DNA of 64,000 nucleotides, from positions 25,902,795-25,966,794 of the forward strand of contig NC_092670.1 of the NCBI RefSeq assembly GCF_964355755.1. Reading direction: 5' to 3'. Origin of the DNA: Antedon mediterranea (taxonomy: Eukaryota > Animalia > Echinodermata). Below the pieces are notes generated by a model. That model saw nothing but the letters and a program-made list of their open reading frames with translations. It searched no databases and was not told the origin of the DNA. The translations under genes were made by a program, and so were the position numbers. This document shows, piece by piece, positions 1 through 10,600 of this stretch (within the stretch, counting starts at the first letter, position 1; each line of letters opens with the position of its first letter).

Positions 1-83
1 ATCTTGACATATTCCAATACCCATATCAAATTCACTAAGAAAAACATTTAAACAAATATTCTTTTATTTGCTTTTTTTTCCAG

Positions 84-134
84 GACTTTAAAAACCTTGG
101 TGCTAAGAATATTTGTGTTGTCACTGATAAAACG
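84..134 (+). CDS. ADHFE1: ADHFE1 exon ([17 protein letters not shown])
   Basis: ttttccag acceptor, gtagtt donor, phase 0-0. Confidence 0.9.
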
Positions 135-1646
135 GTAGTTTTTTTTTTCTTGTTATTTTATAATAAATTTGAATTATTGCCCAAGAAGGTGGTGATAGAA
201 TTAAAATAACTTTGCATGACCAAAAGAGTATCTAAAAAATTCCAGATACATGATTCCCAATGAGTTTAGAACTGCTGTTCACTTCTAATTGTATTAACAT
301 TAAATAAAGCAATGTTTCACTTACCGTAAACCAATCACTGAATATACGTTATTAATGTTTTTTTTGTATATTGATACTATACTGTACCTTACTATTTTAG
401 ATTAGTAAACTTCCCCCAATGAAGACAGTTCTGGACTCTCTCCAGATTCAAAGGCTGAACTTTCAAGTGTTTGATGATGTCAGAGTGGAGCCTACAGATA
501 TTAGGTAATTTCATGGTTTCAATTATTTAGTGATCTTTTTTGTAAAATTTGATGTGCGCAAAATTATTTTGAAAGTTTGTGTTCTTCACACCTGCTATGA
601 TGAATATATTACAATTTTTTTCATGAACTCTAAATGTTAAATAATGCCACACATGCACATCAAACTTGTGTGTTTTAATGCCAATTTGTATAAACATTAT
701 GCGTATTCTTAAATTTAATTTATAAATTTTACCTACAGTACTGACAGCATATCATGTTCCATAACCCGCGGTTTTTGCATGTGTAAAAAAGAATAATTGC
801 CGCGTGCCTGTATTTGCTGCGTGGACCATGACGTCATTCAGCTTCTTACTGGTAAAATAAATATGAAACTTGCGATGCGACGCCTGCGACAACAACACAC
901 TTGGGTATCAGTATTGTTTAGGCCACCAATTAATGTATGTAACAAAGTTTATTATCCAAAGTACCCTCCAGGATTACATTAAAGTCAGATCAAAATTGAT
1001 ACAAACAGTAGAAAATATATATAAATCCAAAGGCAAATTACTGAAAAAATGACAATGCTGTGGGTATCAGCAGTGGCTAGATATCAATGGATATACAAAA
1101 ATAAAGCGAAAAGCTAATGAATCAAAACGATAAAGTAAAACAGCCAGAAAAGTTAGCAAAGCTTTCGAGCAACTAGCCCTTCATCAGTGCAAGTGAAAGG
1201 TACTTGGACAAAGATAAAATTATCCAAAGTACCCTCCAGGATTACAGCAAAGTCAGATCAAAATTGATACAAACAGTAGAAAATATATATAAATCAAAAG
1301 GCAAAATACTGAAAAAATGACAATGCTGTGGGTATCAGCAGTGGCTAGATCTCAATGGAGATACAAAAAAAAAGTGAAAAGCTAAATCAAAACGTAAAAG
1401 TAAAACAGCCAGAAAAGTTAGCAGAGCTTTCGGGCAACTATAGCCCTTCATCAGTGCAATCAATCAATCAATCAATTTCACTTGCACTGATGAAGGGCTA
1501 GTGTTGTCCGAAAGCTCTGCTAACTTTTCTGGCTGTTTTACTTTATTGTTTTGATTTAGCTTTTCGCTTTTTTTTTTGTATCTCCATTGAGATTCAGCCA
1601 CTGATACCCACAGCATTGTCATTTTTTTTCAGTAATTTGCCTTTGG

Positions 1647-1684
<38 letters not shown>

Positions 1685-4600
1685 AAATCAGGCAAAGAAC
1701 ATTAATTCTTAACCGCCCGGTGATATACTGAAATTTAATTAATTAATTTGAAACGATAAAGATGAGGAAATCTGTGAGAATGAGAAAAAGTCGCCCCAAC
1801 CGAGACTCGAACTCGGACCGTCTGCTTGATATGCAGATGTCCTAACCATTAGACCACTGGGGCTTTCATGGTATTGTTCGAACTCGATTGGATAGCGACT
1901 CTTTAACACTCTCGGCGTGGTACGGCGGAACAGCACTAGTCCTATAAAAAATCAGGTAAAGAACATTAATTCTAAACCGCCCGGTGATATACTGAAATTT
2001 AATTGATTAATTTGAAACGATAAAGATGAGGAAATCTGTGAGAATGAGAAAAAGTCGCCCCAACCGAGACTCGAACTTAAACCGCCTGCTTGATATGCAA
2101 ATGTCCTAGCCATTAGACCACTGTGGCTTTCATGGTATTATTCAAACTCGATTATGTATCCAATCTGCAGACAGTACTGTTTCGTTCTTATTAGATCTCG
2201 TCAGTGCAGCTCAGGTTTCGAAATGAAATGTACGGCAGAACTGGCACAATATATAGGCTGAGCCTATACAGTATATGTATATACATATATTATTAATTTT
2301 TACATAATGTATGTGACTTTAAATTAGGTTGAAAAAACGTAGTGGCTATAGTGGCTTTAATGAATAATAAATTTGTTAATTTTTTAGTTTCAAGAAAGCA
2401 ATCTCATTTGCAAGGCAGAGTAACTTTGATGCATATTTAGCAGTTGGTGGTGGTTCTGTTATAGATACTTGCAAGGCAGCTAATCTGTATGCCTGCAACC
2501 CTGAATCGGAGTTTCTTGATTTTGTTAATGCTCCTGTTGGCAAAGGAATTCCGGTTGTGGGCTCAGTTAAGCCCTTAATTGCAGGTAAGTGTAGATTGCA
2601 TCTGTTGTAAAAATGTATTATTTCAAACAATGTGTGTACTTCTGATTCAAAGTTGCTCATTTTAATGCTGCTGGACATCTTAGGAAATCAGAATTTATAT
2701 CTTGCATAATAAGTTGAACAAATTTGGCTTCAGCTTTATTACCGAGGACCTATAATAGATTCAAAATAGGCATGATTTTGATAATATTTTGTAACCTTTT
2801 TAAATAAAACATGCGCAAATTTTTTAATTCAATATGCTCATATGACGCGATTTAAAGGTGAAATGGTCTCAATGTAGGAAAGGCTAGAAAAATATTATTC
2901 ATGTGAAAAACGTGTTTCTCTGTACTCACTGTACTCCACCAAAAGTTGGCCCTTGACATGGATAAAAACTGTTATCAAGTGTCAATAAAAAATGTTTACG
3001 TTTTGTAAAAATAATGCATAAATATTGCTTTAAAAAGTAACAGAAAAAAAATAAGTGTACAAAACCAGCCAATTATGGTTGGATGGGAGCTAAGAAAATT
3101 TTTTAAATAGAGCTGCAAGGTCCCCGGAAATTACATTTATTATACTTAGAAATATGAAATAAAATGTAAATAATTTTCCAGGACCAGCCCTGTTATGGAC
3201 TAAGCTAAGAAAATTTTGTGTATAGAGCTGTTAGGTCCCCGGAAATTGGACTTATACTTTAAAATATGAAACAAAATATGTAAGTCTCCAGGACCAGTCC
3301 TACCATGAACTAAGACAATTTTGAAAAATAGAGCTGCTAAGTCAGCATAAATTGTACCTTTTCATTGTTTAGGAGGTGGGGGGGGGGGGGGGTGTTTGCT
3401 TCTCAGCCACACAAAATCTTTTACCCCTCCGGGGTTTTGTGACCATTCAAAATGTTGAAAAACTTTATTCCATAATTCTATTTAAAAACATAGAACCAAA
3501 TTAATCAAGTACATTTGAAACTTCAAGGACTAATGTAGAACATTCCATTAAGTGGAAAATTATAAGAAAATGTATGCCTTATTCAAATGTTAGCAAACGT
3601 TGCAATTTATGTCATGTTTGGAAAATATATACAGTACAGTATCCGCTGCTTACATGGGCTTAAATCTAACCCCTAGCCATCAGCGCAAGCTCGGTGGTCT
3701 AGACAAATGAGTGATCTTGAGGGTTTGAGACAAGCTTGTAGTGAATTTTGTTTTACCGTATATTTCGGTGTACAAGTCGCACCTGTGTATAAGACGCACC
3801 CCCTAACTGAGAGTAAAATATCGGTATTTTTTATATCATTGATGTATAAGACGTACTTTATATAGCGATATGTATTTGCATACAAAAGAAAGCACTTTGA
3901 AAGTTGGAGATAAAGTGCTTGTAAAGCAACAAAAGAAGAATATGTTAACAACCCTGTTTGACCCAGATCTGTATATTGTAAGTTGGAGAAAAGGAAATGC
4001 TATAATTGCAGACAGGAACGGTATCAGAATCAGAAGGAACATTTCTCATTTCAAGAAAATAAACAGTTTTAATGATTATGAGTCAAACAACGATGATGAT
4101 GTAGTAGAAAGACCACAAGATTTAAATGATCAACAAGAACCAAGACGACCGCAAAGGAATCGACGAATACCCGCAAGATATAATGATTTTGTGTTGGACC
4201 AATAAGCGTGAAAATAATTTTTTTTTTTTTATTTTATTTAATCGAAACCAACAGCGATAATTACCGCCTCTAACAGGTTTGACACAAACAAAGCCATTTT
4301 TTTTTTTTTAAAGGACCTTGATTGGTCCTACCATTGATCAAGGGCTTCTCTCCTCCAGTGCCCACCTTGACCAGAGGAAAGGCATAACCAATACGTCTGA
4401 GGCAGATACTAGATGCAGGGGCATAAGAGTCAGCAGTGCTGATTCCAAATGCCTAACGGGACCCCAGCTCCATATACAGCACCCGATATTCCCAGATGGT
4501 CTCCCATCCAAGCTCTAACCAGGCCCAACGTTGCTTAACTTCGGTGATCTGACGAGAACCGGTGTTTCAACGTGGTAAAGCCGTATGATGGAAACAAAGT

Positions 4601-7600
4601 ATATGAACATTTTGAGTTTATTCAAATTTTGATTAACATTTAAATTTGATTTTGAGCAAATTATTGATTTCAAATTACTGGATATAGAACATTGATTATA
4701 TTTGTTACAAGAGACATTGATAAACAATAATAAATCTTGATAATTGACATTATGAAATTGATGAATATGAAGCATAATAATCAGAATAATATAATTAAAA
4801 TAATCTAATCGATATGATAAAAGTTAAAAGAAAAAAAAATAGTTAAAATGTGTTAAAATAATGTTAGTTAATATACAGTGTTGTATTTGATAGTTATGGA
4901 ACTTGTCTAAAGTAAGGAGGGAATGTAATGTTGTTGCTGCCATCTACAGTAGGTAAGAAAAGCGTGTGCAACATGGACGATGTGAAACATATGTGATTGT
5001 TGGATGTACAAGAGAAAGTTAATTAAACACCACAATCTCCTATTCAGAATTATTTGTTTAATTTTAGTTCGTTATAATTAAAATAATCTAATCGATATGA
5101 TAAAAGTTAAAAGAAAAAAAAATAGTTAAAATGTGTTAAAATAATGTTAATTAATATACAGTGTTGTATTTGATAGTTATGGAACTTGTCTAAAGTAAAG
5201 GAGGGAATGTAATGTTGTTGCTGCCATCTACAGTAGGTAAGAAAAGCGTGTGCAACATGGACGATGTGAATAAAGTATATATGGAAGAGAGATAAACATT
5301 CACATGCTATAATCAACTGGAGAACACTAGTCGAATACTGTACACCATGTGGCCGCCAAGAAGGGCTCGCGCTGGGGGTACGGCGGTCGGCGATCGTGCC
5401 TATAACTATAATAATATTCCAGTCGTAAACGTTTACAAATGAAATTTTATCGGAGCACCTAAAACAGCTCCATAATAAACAAATCTTTTCATCATATTTA
5501 GTATAACATCACGCTAAAATTCCTTGAAAACTAGGCAGAAGCAGGTTGCCGTTACATTAGTACACTGTAGCTAGGCCTTACCTTAAAAAGCCCAGGCCCA
5601 GCCAACGAGGTGTCGATATGTACAATCTGTGTGGTGAGGCATAAATTTTATGTTCAGTGTATAAGACTCAGACTCACCCTTAATTTAGAGGTCAAATTTG
5701 CGTGTCAAAAGTGCGACTTATACACCGAAATATACGGTACATATGTGATTGTTGGATGTACAAGAGAAAGTTAATTAAACACCACAATCTCCTATTCAGA
5801 ATTATTTGTTTAATTGTAGTTCCAACAACTTCTGGTACAGGAAGTGAAACCACTGGAGTTGCAATATTTGATCATACGGAACTGAAAGCAAAAACAGGTA
5901 TGCTATAAAACATTTTTATCAACTGAATTGTTGAACTTTTTTTTGTTTTTTGTTTTCAATTGTATCATCATCATATATATTATATATCACTTGCACTGAT
6001 GAAGGGCTAGTGTTGCCCGAAAGCTCTCTCCATTGAGATCCAGCCACTGATACCCACAGCATTCTCATTTTTTCCAGTAATTTGCCTTTGGATTTATATT
6101 ATACAGATATTACCTGCTTAGAGGTGAAATATAAGATTTGACATCCCCAAGGGAATGATATTATGTTCAAAGGGAATATAATATTTTCCGAAGCGCAGCT
6201 GAGGGAAATATATAATTCCCGAGAACATAATATCATCCCGAGGGGATGTTAAATCTTATATTTTACCGATATAAAAGGCGATATCTGTTATATTACATAG
6301 CCAACAACAAGTAGTAGAATATCTGCTGGGTCGGGTAGCTAGGCTAGGCCTAGGCCTCCTTTTTGTATTGTATGTAAACAAGCTGCCTAGTAGACACCTT
6401 ACCTTGCAAAGAATAATATACAGATATTTTTGTGGATTTTTACTTTATGTTGAACCAAAGAACCGAAAAGGAATAAATTAACTGCGTGACGTTTCGTCGA
6501 CAATCTGTCGACTGCTTCAGACTAAAGCCTGGGTTGGAATGGTCTGGTTTTTTGTAAGTGACGCTGAACAGCGCCACCAGCCGTCTGGTTGGTATTGACG
6601 GTACAGCGTCTCCGTTGACCCCCTCCTGCTTCAACTTTTTCCAGCAAACTATCATATGTATGTGGGAGGTCATACCAACCAATGTCTCTGTTGATGTTAT
6701 GTGGTCTTTTTCTTATGCAGATAGATTCTTTTATCTTTCTTTTGTCTGTCTGTGCTTCCTTTTCAATCCCTCTCGCATTCCAATTTGGAATATGGTCATT
6801 CCCTATAGCGTGGTCCGTTATGGCTGACTTATGTAAAACCTGGGACAAAGAATTTACACGTGTTCTAACAACTTGGTTGTGTGTTGATACGTCTTTCTTA
6901 TGTTCCCCAATTCTTGTATTTAGTGCTCTTCCGGTCTCTCCTATATATACTTTCTCACAGTTTAGACAGTTCACTTCGTATATAACCCCGCACATGCCGT
7001 CCATTTTTAATCTATCTTTTGGGTGGACCAGTCCATTCTTTAGTTTATTACTTGGAATGAAGAAAGTATTTACTTTGTGCTTAGCAAATGTGCGTCGAAT
7101 CTTTTCAGAAATTCCGTGTATGTATGGGATACCTATGTCACGAAACCTTGCAAATTTAATTATACAGAAAAACAATTACAAATTACTTCAAGAACTTCTA
7201 TCGTTATTTTAATTTTTTTCCCTTTTGTTTTAAACATTTATACCTCAAGACTCAAACGAGCATTCACATGAAGTTTCACCGTTAACCATCCAATAATATC
7301 TAATAAATAAATAACCGTTAACAATAAACAAATAAATATCTTACAAGTGCACAGTGCACTTTACTACCTCAAGTATCTCCAGAGATTGAATTTACACATT
7401 TCCTAACACTCAAAACCCCAATTAAATACAATAAACAAATAAATACATACTCCAATAAATAAATAATTACTTCTATCCCAAATACACTCTACCCTAATTC
7501 CCCTATACGTATATCATCGTTCCCCTTTATAATAGTATTCAATTAATTTTGTCATGTAAATCTCGAATTACCCTCTTAAATTACTATCCCCATTCCCTAT

Positions 7601-10600
7601 GATCCAATTATTACAACACTTTCTTTATCTCGTCTTATATACTTCGATTATAAATCATTCATCTTCTAATATATTTTAGTCACTAATTTTATTAATTTCT
7701 CTTATTTATGTTCGTTTCTTTTTCACATAATTATATAATACTCGTTAATTCATAATTCAGTATCTATTCAATATTTATAAATACTTTGTTTCACAATATT
7801 TCTTAAATTCGTATATTCTATTCTTTTCCACACATATAATATTTGTTATTTCATAATTCATCTATCTATTCCATATATATAATTACAATAAGTTGTTTCA
7901 CAATATTTCTTAAATTCATATACTATTCTATTCTTTTCCACACATATAATATTTGTTATTTCATAATTCATCTATCTATTCCATATATATAATTACAATA
8001 AGTTTACACGTTGATAATGCCATGTAAGTTCAAATCAGGTGGCTATTTCAAACACAAGCGTTGTATATAACTTTCCACGCATTATTTCTGTAACCGTCCT
8101 TCTTTTCTTTAACGTCTTTCTTTAATGTCTCCAATTTAATGATGTGTCGTACTAGTAGTAAGTTTTTCCTTTCCGTCTCGTTCAATTCCAATATCGTTAC
8201 TTTTCCGTACTCACAAGTGTTCTGGTTTCCTGAGTCTTTTAGTTATAAATTCAATTAGTCAATCCGTTCTTCAATGTAGCCTACCACTCAATTAACAGTC
8301 GTAAAAGAGACCTCAGATTAGAAATTACGGAGTTATTTATTACAAGACTACAATATCGCTGAAGTGTGCATCAAATATCTCTTACTTTGTGGTTTTCTTT
8401 ATTTTCTCCGCTTAGCATCTTATCAATACAACACTAGTAGTTTGCCACACCCAATCAAGTAATCCAACACTCAGCTTACTCCCAACTCCTTGTTTTCAAC
8501 CTCGCGCCGTTCCCGCACACACTTTATATACCAACCCATCATCCAATAAGCGGCCGCTACGCATGAATGACCCCCTCGTACGGTACAATGGAACAATACT
8601 TTAAATCACTTGTGACAACCTATGTGAGCTTTCATCTTCTCCATTTCCTTTCTTTGACGTTCTTCTGGCTTGTTTTTTGACTTTTGTTCTTTTCTCTTGC
8701 TTACGACTCTGTCCACTGACCATTTTGGATAGTTACAAATTTTCAATGCTTTTCTAATGTGTTTCAACTCCTGTTTTTTATCTTCCTCTTCACTAACAAT
8801 TGTATTTGCTCTATTCACCAACGTATTAACCACGCTTAGTTTGTGTTCTAAGGGATGATTAGAGTGGAAGTCCAAGTATTGGTCGGTGTGAGTTGGTTTT
8901 CGGTATACCTTGGTAGCGAGTGTTCCATCTTGTTTAATCCTGATAATCATGTCCAAGAATGGTATTTGTTTCTCTGACATTATTTCTGTGGTAAACTTGA
9001 TGTTGCCCGACGGGTCAATGCTATCAAGATGGCGATTGAGGGGGAGAGGTGCATCTTTATGGACAATGGCAAAAACATCATAAACATACTGTCTCCAAAA
9101 ACGTGGTTTGATGGTTCCATCTGCGCTCTTAATGGCTTCTTCTTCTAACCATTCTAAATAGATATTCGCTATCAGAGGGCTTACCGGAGATCCCATTGCA
9201 GATAATATACAGATAATTACTAATTAATGACTCCTAAAATATTCACTAGCCTAGGCTAGGTCGTTTAATTAATAACAGAAGAATTTCCATCAATAAGTCT
9301 ACATTAATGATAATAATATTATCAGCAGGTAGGCCGAATAAATAATAATTTGTCTTCTTCGAGCCGAATCACCGGATGTTAAGTGCGTCGCGCGCGTACC
9401 GGTTACTACTACAAACGGTCTTTCATCACATCTAGAGAGGACTAATAACAAATGAGGGTGCTATGTATGCATAGTTTAAATAGTTTAGTTGATTAATTTC
9501 TTCAAGCAAGTTCCGTGGCGCAGCGCATGAAGCGTTGTCTTGTGATGGAGTTCAAGACCCAGTAGATGACTTTTGTTTATTTATCGGCAAACGTGAGTGT
9601 TGCCACACGAAAATTACACAGTCAATATCATCGTACTCGCGAATTTGCTGGATTTTATATGTTTAATGACAGGGACACGATAATTACGCAAAAATTACTC
9701 TGTCAATATCATCGTACTCAAGGATATATACGATTTACGATCCTTGCAGCGGTAGTCATGTGATGCCGTTTCAACCAATCACGTTCACGTATTTACATAG
9801 GCTATGTAATATATATATCGGATAGAAGCTTTTTTGCATTAAAGCGACAGCAGCGGGTCAGAATTAATGAACATACCTTCTTGGTTATCACCGAATGGAG
9901 GTGTCCCACAAGGGTCGTGGTTAGGCCCTGTCTTATTTATTATATTTACTAATGACTTTGACGCAGATCTTAATACAGTTAAATACATGGATGATGCAAC
10001 TTTATTTGAGAGAATCAGGAAAAACACACTAAGTACCCTCCAGATGATCACAGATAACTTTTGCAGATGGACTACAGTAAACTAAATGAAACTGAACGAA
10101 AAGAAAACAATCGAAATGCTTTTGAGCTGTAAATGTACAAAGTCCTTGTTTCCACCACTTCAAATTCATATCAGTAATATAAGTACAAGAAGCTAAGTTA
10201 TTACATAGACATCATAATCCAAAATAACCTATTGTGGCAGATCCAAGTTAATGATATAATTATTAGAAGTGTGCCATAATGCTCGTGTGGTTGCCAACAC
10301 CTCTTTTTCCATTTGGGCATATCTTCTCTCTGTGGGTGTCATATAAAACTGGTCTGAACCGTTTTCTTGTTCCTGCTCCAAAGCTTGATGCGTCTGCTGA
10401 ATACTGTACAACTGTACGCTTTGTTGGATCATATCACGTCAATACAACATCCAAGCTTTAATCGTTAAAGGCTTTATCATGTATTTCAGTCCGCAGCCAC
10501 GCAGAATATTTTACAGTTCCTTATTGGCTGTTATTTTTGCAAAGTTTGGAATGAATTTCATTTGCTGACTTACCATTCCAAGAAATCATGGCAATTCATG

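Larger units (their letters stand above)
952..1660. mobile_element. Tandem (~268-bp unit) plus inverted repeat carrying minimal hammerhead ribozymes (Penelope pseudo-LTR or retrozyme-like)
   Basis: 952-1219 repeats as 1220-1459; inverted partial copy at 1478-1660 after a (CAAT)n spacer; each copy has CTGATGA-stem-GAAAGCTY. Confidence 0.8.
3756..5737. mobile_element. Tc2/pogo-type non-autonomous TIR element with internal cargo
   Basis: TIRs CCGTATATTTCGGTGTACAAGTCGCAC / GTGCGACTTATACACCGAAATATACGG flanked by TA; compact sister copy at 14408-14991. Confidence 0.85.
6105..9812. mobile_element. Non-autonomous Crypton-like DNA element with long terminal hairpin, interrupted by Penelope
   Basis: ~180-bp imperfect palindrome at 6105-6285; inverted repeats tattacatagcc (6291-6302) / ggctatgtaata (9800-9811); related fragment at 46824-46873. 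Confidence 0.55.

Noticed and set aside
2376-2678. 100-aa minus-strand ORF
   Set aside because: Antisense shadow of an ADHFE1 exon
4475-4588. Functional 5S rRNA gene
   Set aside because: Diverged, lacks a T-run terminator, and continues into a body and poly(A); better explained as a SINE head
6682-7212. 176-aa hydrophobic plus-strand ORF
   Set aside because: Antisense shadow of the Penelope ORF
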